From the NCBI GenBank assembly GCA_965224245.1, contig OZ245046.1, forward strand, positions 4,352,001 through 4,416,000: 64,000 bases of DNA, read 5' to 3'. Positions 33,201-42,965 of the stretch are shown here, in pieces; position 1 is the stretch's first letter; the number at the start of each line of letters is the position of its first letter. The translations under genes were made by a program, and so were the position numbers. Below the pieces are notes generated by a model, which was not told the origin of the DNA, ran no database searches, and saw nothing but the letters and a program-made list of their open reading frames with translations. This stretch comes from Candidatus Eiseniibacteriota bacterium. GTDB lineage: Bacteria; Eisenbacteria; RBG-16-71-46; CAZAMP01.

Positions 33201-34301
33201 ATGAGCCGGTTCGGGTCACATCGACTGCAGCTGATCGCCGCCTTTGCCGCGGTGTACCTGATCTGGGGCTCGACGTACCTGGCCATCCGGGTCGGGATCG
33301 AGTCTCTGCCGCCATTCGTCATGGCGGGCTTCCGGTTCCTCCTGGCCGGGGCGATCCTCCTGGCCTGGGAGCGGCATCGGGGCACGCCCCTGCCCACGCG
33401 ATCCGAGTGGCGAAACGCGGCGCTCGTGGGAGGCCTGCTGCTCGTCGGCGGCAACGGCATCGTGACCTGGGCCGAGCTGCGCGTCCCGTCCGGACTGGCG
33501 GCCGTGCTCGTGGCCGCCGTCCCGATCTGCGTCGTCGTGCTGGATCGCGTCTTCTTCGGTGGACCGCGCCTGACGGCTCGCGTGGGCGCCGGGCTCGTGC
33601 TGGGCATGGCCGGCGTCGTGATGCTGGTCAAGCCCGATGCCGAGGGCGTCCGAGCGGTGGATCCCATCGGCGCCGTCGCGATTCTCCTCGCCGCGCTCTT
33701 CTGGGCGCTCGGATCGCTGCGCTCGCGCGGCGGGGGGCTTCCGCCCGCGCCGTCGATGTCGACGGCCGCCCAGATGCTGGCAGGCGGCGCGCTGAACGTG
33801 TTCGCGGGAACCCTGCTCGGTGAGTGGGCGCGACTCGACGTCGCGGCGATCGGCGGGCGGTCGGTGATCGCGTTCGGGTACCTGGTCACGCTCGGGTCGA
33901 TCGTCGCGTTCCGCGCCTACATCTGGCTGCTCCGCGCAACACGGCCGGCGGCGGTCGCCACCTACGCCTTCGTCAACCCGGTGGTGGCCTTGGTGCTGGG
34001 GTGGGCCCTCGGACACGAGCATCTCACCGCGAACGCGATGCTCGCCAGCGGTCTGATCGTGGCAGCGGTGCTGGCTCTCCAGCTGACGCGCGCGGCGACC
34101 CTCCCGCATCGTCGTCGCCGGCCCGTGCCGGCGGCCACGCCTCCTGTGGTCGCGATGCCCCCACACGACGGACGCCCGGCGGAGGATGTCCCCCACCGGG
34201 CGTCGCCGTCAGTCTCGGCGACCGAGGTCGCCGCGGCCTATCGGATCAACCTCGCGAGCGACACCTCGCGCTGCCCACCGGCCTCCACGACCACCGAGTA
34301 G
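33201..34301 (+). CDS. EamA/DMT family transporter (YedA-like)
   Basis: VYLIWGSTYLAIR, LPPF..RFLLAG, LLVGGNG, TYAFVNPVVA; divergent from MocR. Confidence 0.92.
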   Translation: MSRFGSHRLQLIAAFAAVYLIWGSTYLAIRVGIESLPPFVMAGFRFLLAGAILLAWERHRGTPLPTRSEWRNAALVGGLLLVGGNGIVTWAELRVPSGLAAVLVAAVPICVVVLDRVFFGGPRLTARVGAGLVLGMAGVVMLVKPDAEGVRAVDPIGAVAILLAALFWALGSLRSRGGGLPPAPSMSTAAQMLAGGALNVFAGTLLGEWARLDVAAIGGRSVIAFGYLVTLGSIVAFRAYIWLLRATRPAAVATYAFVNPVVALVLGWALGHEHLTANAMLASGLIVAAVLALQLTRAATLPHRRRRPVPAATPPVVAMPPHDGRPAEDVPHRASPSVSATEVAAAYRINLASDTSRCPPASTTTE

Positions 34302-35467
34302 ACACCGCTGGCGAGCCGGCTGCCGTCGAGCGGAATCTCGTACGTGCCGCCGGTGCGGGTCTCGTCGAGCAGCGTGCTGATGCGACGACCGACGAGGTCG
34401 TACACCGTCACGCGGACGTGCGACTCGGCGGCCAGCTCGAAGCGCACTGTCGCCGACGGGTTGAACGGGTTCGGGGCGACCCGTGCGTGGAGGATCGTGC
34501 CCGCCGCGATCTGCGGCAACGCCTCGCGCCACTCGGGCGTGATCACGTCGCCGGCCATCCGGCCGAGGCTCGGCCGGTACAGCGCGACCTGTGCGTTCAT
34601 CCGCGTGGCCTGATCGGACGTGAAGTGGTCCATGCAGGCGTCGTCCGTGTAGTCCATGAAGTTGAAGATGGGATCCAGTCCCGCGCTCGGACACGTGTCG
34701 CGACCGATCGGGCAGCCGAAGGCCGCCGAGGCCTCGTACGGCGTGTCGTCGATGTAGTCGCCCGGGGCCGAGCAGCCCCCCTGGAACGTGTGATAGAGCC
34801 CGAGATAGTGACCGACCTCGTGCGTGGCCGTGTCGCCCTCGTCGTACGGCACGGCGCCACCGCCGGGAAGCGACGACCAGAGCAGCACGCATCCGTGCCA
34901 GTAGCTGTCCTCGGGGAAGTCCGACGGGAAGTACGCCCATCCGAGGAGATTCTGACCCGGCTCGCAGGTGTAGATGTTCAGGTTGTTGGCCGGATCGATG
35001 GCCAGCGCCTGCTTCATCTGCTGCTCCTTGCGACCCCCGGGCGTCATCGAGAACCACCTCTTGCTATCGGTGCGGTCGATCGACGCCAGCGTGAACGAGA
35101 AGCCCGTGCCGGCGTAGGCGGCGTTCAGCACCGAGATCTGGTCGTTGATCATCGACGTTGGGACGTTGCCGACGTCGCTGCCCCGATGACGCTTGTAGAT
35201 GACGTGGAACCGAACCGGGATGCTGACCGCCGCGCGATCGGTGCTCCCATGCTGGGCGATCCACTGGTCGATCTGGAGCCGCTGTGCATCGGACAGCTGA
35301 CCGTCGGCGGTGCCGCAGCGGACGCCGTCGACGAGCTGACCATCGGATCCCTGGAACGTGATGTCGGGGGTGACGCCGAGCTCGACGTCGATGGCGAGGG
35401 TGGGTGCCGTCACGACGAGCGACGCGACGACGATCGATAGAAACGGACGAATTGCACGCTGCACCAT
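34238..35467 (-). CDS. M43 (pappalysin/ulilysin-like) zinc metalloprotease with FlgD-Ig/T9SS-CTD-like tail
   Basis: Signal peptide, propeptide RCGT, HEVGHYLGLYHTF, NFMDYTDD, PNPFNP..YDLVGR..LASGVY. Confidence 0.93.
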   Translation of the reverse strand: MVQRAIRPFLSIVVASLVVTAPTLAIDVELGVTPDITFQGSDGQLVDGVRCGTADGQLSDAQRLQIDQWIAQHGSTDRAAVSIPVRFHVIYKRHRGSDVGNVPTSMINDQISVLNAAYAGTGFSFTLASIDRTDSKRWFSMTPGGRKEQQMKQALAIDPANNLNIYTCEPGQNLLGWAYFPSDFPEDSYWHGCVLLWSSLPGGGAVPYDEGDTATHEVGHYLGLYHTFQGGCSAPGDYIDDTPYEASAAFGCPIGRDTCPSAGLDPIFNFMDYTDDACMDHFTSDQATRMNAQVALYRPSLGRMAGDVITPEWREALPQIAAGTILHARVAPNPFNPSATVRFELAAESHVRVTVYDLVGRRISTLLDETRTGGTYEIPLDGSRLASGVYSVVVEAGGQREVSLARLIR

Positions 35468-35735
35468 GTGCCCTCCAGCGTGGAAGATCGGCGACGCGTG
35501 CCGGCAAGGGGTTGGTTGCCTCGAATCCTGCGGGCAAGCCGACGTGTTCGCCGATCATGTCCCAACCCCGGCGAGATTGTCGCGGCGATGGGCCGGGCTG
35601 ACAAGCGCCGACTCGTCCCGATCCGATCCCGCGCGGCGACGGTGGCCGGAATGGAACCCGCGTTCGGCTCGACGCCGGGAGATCGATCGACACGACCGGC
35701 GAGCGGCCGCCACACGGCTGAGGTAGGATGGATCG

Positions 35736-38120
35736 ATGCGATCTCTTGCCTGTCGGCTGGCGTGGGCCGGCCTGATGGCGTGGTGCATGACCACGACGCC
35801 GCGCGCCGGTGAGGTGCCCGAGGGCTATCTCGGCCTCCGCCTGCGCGACATCCCCGGTGACCACACGATCGTGAGCTGGATCCTGCCCGGTCCGCTCGAC
35901 GGTGAAGGCATCACCTCGCCGGAGCTCTGCCGTCCCGATCTCGTCGTCGCGGTGGACGGGACGCCCATGAACGCCGACGCGTTCGATGCGTACGTGTCGT
36001 CGCGGCCACCCGGCTCGACGGTGGAGATCACCTGGCGCCGCTCGAACGCCCGGGGCGGGGCGATCCCGACCGAGCTCGATCACGAGACCGAGCGACGCAC
36101 CTCCACGTTCACGGTCGTCGCACGCGACGAGTGGACCGGCACCATCGGGCGCTCCGAACGCGTTCCGGCCCTGGCGCTCGGCGCCGAGCGCCTCCTGGAT
36201 CCCCGGGACGCCGCGTCCCCGCTCGGCGGGGCGATCGCCGAAGCGGACCTCGGCGCGCCCGTCGACACGCTCGTCGGCGTACTCCGCGCGCGGGCGGCCC
36301 GCGATGCCGACGTGAACGGACTCATCCGCGTGTGGGCCGGGTTCGACGCGCCGTTCCGACTGCCGGAGATCCAGTCGCGCGTGGTGGCCGCCGCGGTCGA
36401 GGCGATCGACGACACCCTCGACGTGCGACCGATCGATCTCGCCCTGCGCCTGGCCGCCGAGAACCTCGACACGGCCCAGCCGGCTCCACGCCCGGGACGC
36501 GGCGACGGAAACCCATCTCCCACCGTCGGAACGGACGCGACACGCGCAATCGCCAGCGCCCCCGACGCGGCGTGCCGGGACCTCGCTCGCGCGATGGACG
36601 CGAGCGACGCCCGCGTCGCCACGGCTCTCGGCGCGATGGCCGGCGACGAGACCTTCGCCGGGGACGTGCTCGCGTTTCTCGGCGTGCCCGGCGAGACGTT
36701 CTACATCGCGGGTGCGGATGCCAAGCCCCACATCGACGTGATCCGGCGCTCGATGGACGTCGACTTCGATGCGCTCGTGGCTGCGCTCGCCTCGCTCGCC
36801 GATCCGATCGGACCGGACACCCGCTCGGCCGGAACCGGCGGTGCCGCGGTCGACGCGGTGGCCGGCTCGGAGGTGGTCATCGACACCGCCGGCGTGGCGG
36901 TTCCCGACGCGCTCGCGGATGCCGTTGACGGCGTGCTCCTGGCCGCCATCGAGCGCGGGAACGGCACGTGGGTGGTCGTGGGCGGCCCGAGCGCGAATCG
37001 CTACGACCTCTGCCGCGTCGCCGGCGTGATCGACCTCGGTGGAGACGATCGCTACGAGGCCTCGGGAACGCGGCTCGGGAGCCGCGTGGTCCACGACCTC
37101 GGGGGGGACGACCTCTACGGCGGCTCGGCCACACAAGGGCCGGCCTCGGCGCTGCTCGGCGTCTCGCTCGTGGACGATCGAGCCGGCGACGACCGCTACG
37201 AGGGCGAGCGGCTCTCGGCGGCGGCCGCCGCGTTCGGCGTATCGGTGCTCGTGGACCGGGCCGGCCACGACGAGTACGTCGGCACGGACTGGTCGATCGG
37301 CGCGGCCTGCTACGGCGCGGGAATCCTGATCGATCTGGCCGGCCAGGACGTGTACCGCTCGGTGTTTCTCTCGCAGGGAGCCGGGGGTCCACGGGGTCTC
37401 GGGATGATCGTCGACGCGGCGGGGCGCGACCTCTATCGCGCGAACGGCCCCATGCCTTCGGCGTACGGGACGCCCGCGGTGTACCAGTCGTTCAGCCAGG
37501 CCATCGGCTTCGGCTACCGGAGCTACGCGGCGGGCGGCATCGGCGCGATCTGTGATCTCGATGGAGACGACCGGTACGAGGCCGGCGAGTTCGCCCAGGG
37601 TGGTGCGTACTACTACGGCCTCGGCGTGCTCTACGACCGGCGGGGCCGGGACCTCTACTACGGAAACCGATACGGACAGGGCTTCGGCGTCCATCAGGCG
37701 ATCGGTGCGCTCGTGGACGACGCGGGAGACGACACCTACTGGTCGATGACGGCGGCGAGCCAGGGCGCGGCCTGGGACATGGGCGTGGGGCTCCTTCTCG
37801 ACCGGGCGGGAGACGACACGTACCAGTGCGATGGGCTGGGACAGGGCGGTGCGGCGCACCAGGCCATCGCGATGCTCGTCGACCTCGCGGGTACCGATCG
37901 CTACTCCGCGCGCGGCGGCGCCACGCAGGGCCAGTCCGGACAGGATCACTACCACTACGACGTGACCGGCGTGTACTCGTTCAGCCTGCTTCTGGACACC
38001 GGGGGAACGATCGACACGTACTCGCGCGCGCGCCCCCAGGATGCGGTGACCCCGACCGGCGAGCTCGACGGCGACAGACCGGCCAGCGCGAGCCTTCACG
38101 GACTCGTCGTGGATCGGTGA
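35736..38120 (+). CDS. Exported protein with N-terminal PDZ-like domain and about 12 DxxGxDxY repeats
   Basis: GYLGLRL..DLVVAVDG..PGSTVEITWRR; repeats DLGGDDRY, DRAGDDRY, DLAGQDVY, DDAGDDTY and others separated by GQG/AQG turns. Confidence 0.72.
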   Translation: MRSLACRLAWAGLMAWCMTTTPRAGEVPEGYLGLRLRDIPGDHTIVSWILPGPLDGEGITSPELCRPDLVVAVDGTPMNADAFDAYVSSRPPGSTVEITWRRSNARGGAIPTELDHETERRTSTFTVVARDEWTGTIGRSERVPALALGAERLLDPRDAASPLGGAIAEADLGAPVDTLVGVLRARAARDADVNGLIRVWAGFDAPFRLPEIQSRVVAAAVEAIDDTLDVRPIDLALRLAAENLDTAQPAPRPGRGDGNPSPTVGTDATRAIASAPDAACRDLARAMDASDARVATALGAMAGDETFAGDVLAFLGVPGETFYIAGADAKPHIDVIRRSMDVDFDALVAALASLADPIGPDTRSAGTGGAAVDAVAGSEVVIDTAGVAVPDALADAVDGVLLAAIERGNGTWVVVGGPSANRYDLCRVAGVIDLGGDDRYEASGTRLGSRVVHDLGGDDLYGGSATQGPASALLGVSLVDDRAGDDRYEGERLSAAAAAFGVSVLVDRAGHDEYVGTDWSIGAACYGAGILIDLAGQDVYRSVFLSQGAGGPRGLGMIVDAAGRDLYRANGPMPSAYGTPAVYQSFSQAIGFGYRSYAAGGIGAICDLDGDDRYEAGEFAQGGAYYYGLGVLYDRRGRDLYYGNRYGQGFGVHQAIGALVDDAGDDTYWSMTAASQGAAWDMGVGLLLDRAGDDTYQCDGLGQGGAAHQAIAMLVDLAGTDRYSARGGATQGQSGQDHYHYDVTGVYSFSLLLDTGGTIDTYSRARPQDAVTPTGELDGDRPASASLHGLVVDR

Positions 38121-38282
38121 TGCGGACGGCCCGATGGGCAACCTTTGCCGCGCGGGTTCGTACCTGATCGGGTCAGCCCCCCAACCCAGCCCATCCGTAT
38201 GTCCGGTCGGCAGGATTGTATGCAGTGGCCGTGTGCGCGGGCCGGTGCACGCGACGAGACCTGAACCCGAAAGGGGTCGTGC

Positions 38283-40655
38283 GTGAAGAATCAGCCGCTC
38301 CCTCGTCCGGCGTCCCCGGGAGTGCCGCTCTTTCGTGCGGAAGCCGGCACGGGAGCCTCGTGCGCTCGGCGCCTCGCCGGCATCCTCGCCGTCGTGAGCG
38401 GTTCCCTGAGCCTCGCCGGCGTGGCCGCCGCCCAGCCGGACGGGGACTTCGAGCCGCAGTGGAAGCCCCACCTCGACGTCACCAAACGCAGCGGCTCGAT
38501 CCGGATCGACGGCGACCTCGGTGACGCCGGGTGGCGCACCGCGGCCCGGGCCTCCGGCTTCGCCGAGGTCAATCCCGGGGATCAGGTGCAGCCCGACGTC
38601 GAGTCGGAGGCCTGGATCACCTATGACGCCCAGACGCTCTACGTCGCGCTGATCGCGTACGACGATCCGAGCGAGGTGCGCGCGTCGTTTCGCGAGCGGG
38701 ACGCGATCTTCCGGGACGACTACTTCGGCGTGATGCTCGACACCTACGGCGACTTCTCGTGGGGCTACGAGCTGTTCGTGAATCCGCTGGGGATCCAGGG
38801 GGATCTCCGCATGCTCTCGGACGGCAACGAGGACATGACGTTCGACATCGTGTTCGACTCGGTGGGCAAGGTGACCGAGACGGGGTACCAGGTCGAGCTC
38901 GCAATTCCCTTCGCCAGCCTGCGCTTTCCGGAGCGTGCCGAGCACGTGTGGAACCTCAACTTCTGGCGTGACCGGCAGCGCGAGATCCGGCGGCGGTACG
39001 CGTGGGCCGCGATCGATCGCGACGACTCGTGCTTCATGTGCAACTTCGGCACGCTGCACGGCATCGAGGGCATCGCGCCCGCGAGCAACATGGACGTGAT
39101 CGTCAGTGCGCTCGGCACGCAGGCCGGGGCGCTCGAGGACCGCGACGATCCGACCTCACGGTTCGACAACCAGAATGCCGACTTCGACGCGTCGTTGAGC
39201 CTGCGCTACGGCGTCACGTCGAGCTCGTCGGCCGAGCTGACGCTGAACCCCGACTTCAGCCAGATCGAGTCGGATGCGGGCCAGATCGACGTCAACACGA
39301 CGTTCGCGCTCTCGTTTCCCGAGCGCCGGCCGTTCTTCCAGGAGGGCTCGGACCTCTACCAGACGTGGATCTCGACGATCTACACCCGCTCCATCAACAA
39401 TCCCGACGTGGCCGGCAAGGTGACCGGTCAGACCGGCAGCACGAGCTATCTGTACTTCGTCGCCCGCGACGACAACGCGGGGCTGATCGTCCCCGGCGAG
39501 GAGGGGAGCGACTTCTACGAGGCCGACAACGCCGTCTCGAACATCGCCCGCGTCCGGCAGGCCTACGGGACGGGCTCGTTCGTCGGCGCGCTCGGCACCG
39601 ACCGGCGCATGACCGGCGACCTCGAGGGATCGGGCTCGGTGGTCAGCGTGGACGGGCGGCATCGCTTCGACGACAAGTGGCAGATCGAGTACCAGCTGGC
39701 GGGGAGTCACGTCGACGAGCCGGATCTCCACGAGGCCGAGACCGACCCCACGTTCGTGGCCACACCGATCGATCGGGACGGCCACACCCGCGAGCTGGAC
39801 GGGGAGTCGTTCACGGGACACGCGCTCTACACGAGCCTCGAGCGCAACGGCCGGACGTGGAGCCACGACATCGACTACTGGGAGTACAGCCCCCGCTTTC
39901 GCACCGACAACGGCTTCACGACGCGCGTCAACTACCGCGTGGTCTCGATCAACGAGCAGCTCTGGTTCCGGCCGAACGGGCGCATCCTTCAGGGATGGGG
40001 CCCGTGGATGAACGTCGGCCGGGAGTGGAACTACAACACCGACCTGTTCGAGGACGAGTGGTTCCGGATCGGGGCCAGCGCGAACCTGACCGGACAGTCG
40101 AACCTGTGGTCCAACGTGCTCTGGAGCAACGAGCGCTTCGGGGGCCGCGTCCACGAGGGAATCCGGGCCGTGCTCGTGGGCGCCGAGACGCAGCCGTCCG
40201 AGACCTTCTCGATCGGATCCGAGCACCGCTTCGGAAGGCTGATCGGCCGGACCGACGACCCGTTCCTGGGCGACTCCTATACCGCGAGCGTCTGGGGCAC
40301 GTGGAAGCCCTCGTCACGACTGGTGATCGCACCCAGCTGGAACTACGGCGAGCTCGGGTTCGCGTCGCGCGAGGGCAAGCTCTTCGCCGGATACATCCTC
40401 CGGACCCGGGCCACGTACCAGTTCTCGCGCGAGCTCTCGGCACGTTTCGTGACCCAGTACAACAGCTTCGCGGAGCGGCTGGACCTCGAGCCGCTGGTCA
40501 CCTACCGCGTGAACCCGTTCACGGTGTTCTTCGTCGGCGCGACCAGCAATCACCGGCACTACACCGAGGACGCGTTCGATGCCGTGGACCGCTCGGAGTG
40601 GGAGATGACCGATCGCCAGTTCTTCGCGAAGGTGCAGTACCTGTTCCGGCGCTGA
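38283..40655 (+). CDS. CBM9-like/DUF5916-type outer-membrane protein
   Basis: IRIDGDLGDAGW, YDAQTLYV, VNPLGIQGD, ELAIPFASLRF, LTLNPDFSQIESD, PERRPFFQEG, terminal FAKVQYLFRR. Confidence 0.85.
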   Translation: MKNQPLPRPASPGVPLFRAEAGTGASCARRLAGILAVVSGSLSLAGVAAAQPDGDFEPQWKPHLDVTKRSGSIRIDGDLGDAGWRTAARASGFAEVNPGDQVQPDVESEAWITYDAQTLYVALIAYDDPSEVRASFRERDAIFRDDYFGVMLDTYGDFSWGYELFVNPLGIQGDLRMLSDGNEDMTFDIVFDSVGKVTETGYQVELAIPFASLRFPERAEHVWNLNFWRDRQREIRRRYAWAAIDRDDSCFMCNFGTLHGIEGIAPASNMDVIVSALGTQAGALEDRDDPTSRFDNQNADFDASLSLRYGVTSSSSAELTLNPDFSQIESDAGQIDVNTTFALSFPERRPFFQEGSDLYQTWISTIYTRSINNPDVAGKVTGQTGSTSYLYFVARDDNAGLIVPGEEGSDFYEADNAVSNIARVRQAYGTGSFVGALGTDRRMTGDLEGSGSVVSVDGRHRFDDKWQIEYQLAGSHVDEPDLHEAETDPTFVATPIDRDGHTRELDGESFTGHALYTSLERNGRTWSHDIDYWEYSPRFRTDNGFTTRVNYRVVSINEQLWFRPNGRILQGWGPWMNVGREWNYNTDLFEDEWFRIGASANLTGQSNLWSNVLWSNERFGGRVHEGIRAVLVGAETQPSETFSIGSEHRFGRLIGRTDDPFLGDSYTASVWGTWKPSSRLVIAPSWNYGELGFASREGKLFAGYILRTRATYQFSRELSARFVTQYNSFAERLDLEPLVTYRVNPFTVFFVGATSNHRHYTEDAFDAVDRSEWEMTDRQFFAKVQYLFRR

Positions 40656-40688
40656 GCGGTCGATCCCGACCCGTGCGGAGGAGAGCCG

Positions 40689-40717
40689 GTGACGTGGTGT
40701 GAGGCATGAGCTAGACT
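40689..40717 (+). promoter_or_regulatory. Putative sigma70-type promoter for a leaderless transcript
   Basis: GTGACG-N17-TAGACT, 7 nt before ATG 40725; no SD. Confidence 0.5.
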
Positions 40718-40724
40718 CGGTCGC

Positions 40725-41264
40725 ATGTCGACTCCACTCGAGCGCCGTCACGACGCCACGCTGAGGTTCCTCACCACCCACGTGCCCTCGTCGGCCCGGA
40801 TCCTCGACCTCGGCGCGGACAATCCGTTCGCGGCCCGAATGAGAGCGGCGGGCTACACGGTGTTCAACACCGACGGCGACCTGGACCTCGTGCCGTCGGC
40901 TGCCGCCCGCGACGACGTCGACGTGGTCACCGCGTTCGAGATCCTCGAGCACCTGGTGGCGCCGTTCAACGTCCTGAGCTCGATTCGCACCGGCCGGCTG
41001 GTCGCCTCGATTCCGATGCGGCTCTGGTTCGCGTCCGCCTATCGAAACCCGCGCGATCGGTGGGACCAGCACTTCCACGAGTTCGAGGTCTGGCAGTTCG
41101 ACTGGTTGCTGGAGAAGACGGGCTGGCGCATCGACGCCTCGGAGAAGTGGACGAGCGTCGCGGGCGGAATCGGCTTCCGCCCCTTCCTCAGGCGCATCGT
41201 GCCCCGCTACTACGCGGTGGTTGCCACGCGTACGTCCCCACCGCGCGTGGTCACGGTGGACTGA
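40725..41264 (+). CDS. Class I SAM-dependent methyltransferase-like protein
   Basis: RILDLGADN, DVVTAFEILEHL, HFHEF. Confidence 0.8.
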   Translation: MSTPLERRHDATLRFLTTHVPSSARILDLGADNPFAARMRAAGYTVFNTDGDLDLVPSAAARDDVDVVTAFEILEHLVAPFNVLSSIRTGRLVASIPMRLWFASAYRNPRDRWDQHFHEFEVWQFDWLLEKTGWRIDASEKWTSVAGGIGFRPFLRRIVPRYYAVVATRTSPPRVVTVD

Positions 41265-41316
41265 GGGCACGGACCCCCGGCCTTCGGCAACCGCAGTGGA
41301 TCGCCGCGGCGTCGCT

Positions 41317-41814
41317 CTACAGCTTCGAGAGCGCCGCGTCGTAGTCCGGCTCCTGACCGATCGCCGGCACCTGCTCGGTGTGAATCACCGTCCCGTCGGG
41401 ATCGATCACGACGACCGCACGGGACATCAGGCCCTTCCACGGACCGTCGACCATGATCACGCCGTAGCGCTCGCCGAACTCCGGATGGCGAAACGTGGAC
41501 AGGCTGACCACGCCGTCGATCCCCTCGGCGGCGCAGAACTGCTTGTGCGCGAACGGCAGATCGGCCGAGACGCACAGCACGACCGTATCGTCGTGTCCGG
41601 CCGCGCGCTCGTTGAACTGGCGAACGCTGTTCTGGCACACGCCGGTGCCGAGGCTCGGGAAGACGTTCATCAGGATGTTCTTGTCCGAGAAGTCGGACAT
41701 CGAGACGTCCGCGAGGTCGGTGCCGGTCAGCGTGAAGTCGGGGGCCGCGCTCTCCACGCGTGGAAGATCCCCGAAGGTGTTGACCGGAATGTCCCTGAAG
41801 AGAATCCGCGCCAT
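41317..41814 (-). CDS. tpx: Thiol peroxidase (atypical 2-Cys peroxiredoxin)
   Basis: APDFTL, NVFPSLGTGVC, VSADLPFAHKQFC, EPDYDAAL. Confidence 0.95.
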   Translation of the reverse strand: MARILFRDIPVNTFGDLPRVESAAPDFTLTGTDLADVSMSDFSDKNILMNVFPSLGTGVCQNSVRQFNERAAGHDDTVVLCVSADLPFAHKQFCAAEGIDGVVSLSTFRHPEFGERYGVIMVDGPWKGLMSRAVVVIDPDGTVIHTEQVPAIGQEPDYDAALSKL

Positions 41815-41898
41815 GGCTTTCGTCTCCTGTCGATCGACGTGCGTAGCCCGGACCGGGCATCGTCGGTGTGGATCGTTGCGAGTTGCGAGCCCGGAATG

Positions 41899-42639
41899 CT
41901 ACTCGCCGTCGGCCGCCGGCACAACGGTCGGGTCGAGTGTCCAGATTCCGCGCCGCGTCTCGCTCTCCAGGGCCTCGGCCAGCAACGCCGTGAACGCCGC
42001 ACGAGAACGCGGCGTGGCGCCGAGGCTGGCCAGGTGCGCCGTCGGCAGCTGGCAGTCGACCAGCGTGAACCCCCACGCGTCGAGCTGCCGGGCCAGCGTG
42101 ACGAATGCCATCTTCGATGCGTCGGCGCGATGCGTGAACATGGACTCTCCGAAGAACGCGCCTCCCAGCGATACGCCGTAGAGCCCGCCGACCAGCTCTC
42201 CCGGGGCATCTCCCGGTGCGCCGGGAGCGGCCGCCCACACCTCGATCGAGTGCGCGAACCCGAGCCGGTGCAGCCGTCCGTAGGCCTCGATCATGTCCGA
42301 GGTGATCCACGTGCCATGCTGGCTCTCGCGTGGCGTGGACGCGCACGCCCGCACCACGCGATCGAACGCGACGTCGGCGGTCATGCGGAACGTCCCGCCG
42401 CGCAGGCGGCGGCGGAGCGACCGGCTGACCCGCGCGCGGCAGGGCGCGAGCACCATGCGCGGGGCCGGCGAGAACCAGAGGATCGGCTCGCCCTCGGAGT
42501 ACCACGGGAAGATGCCGCTGGCGTACGCCAGGAGCAGCCGATCGGGCGACAGATCACCCCCCACGGCCAGGAGGCCGTCGGGCTCGGCGTGCACGGCCGG
42601 CGGAAACACGAGCTCGCTCGTCAGACGGTAGACGGGCAT
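41899..42639 (-). CDS. aat: Leucyl/phenylalanyl-tRNA--protein transferase
   Basis: GLLAVGGDL..RLLLAYASGIFPW, TWIT, AHSIEVW, LVGGLYGV, FFGESMF, DASK, DCQ. Confidence 0.96.
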   Translation of the reverse strand: MPVYRLTSELVFPPAVHAEPDGLLAVGGDLSPDRLLLAYASGIFPWYSEGEPILWFSPAPRMVLAPCRARVSRSLRRRLRGGTFRMTADVAFDRVVRACASTPRESQHGTWITSDMIEAYGRLHRLGFAHSIEVWAAAPGAPGDAPGELVGGLYGVSLGGAFFGESMFTHRADASKMAFVTLARQLDAWGFTLVDCQLPTAHLASLGATPRSRAAFTALLAEALESETRRGIWTLDPTVVPAADGE

Positions 42640-42965
42640 GTGGATCCTCGACCTCGGTTGAAACGAGCCGTTGCATGCACGGACCCCCGGGCGCGGCTCC
42701 GGTGATCGTGGACGCGATCGAGCCCGACGCCGCGCCCGTGCTCCGCAGCGGGTCCGGGTCGGCGCCCGCCGACCCACTCGCCCCCCGCTCTCGTCCGATG
42801 ATATACTCGGCCGCGTGCGAATGCGCGGCGTGCCTCTCACGTGCATGCGACGCGCGCCGGGATCCGTGCGTTCGCTGGCCGTCTTCCCCCACGGCGCGAC
42901 GACTTTCGCGAGTCGACACACTCACAAAACCGCCACCGGTCGGCCGGCAGCCGGAAGGGTATGTC

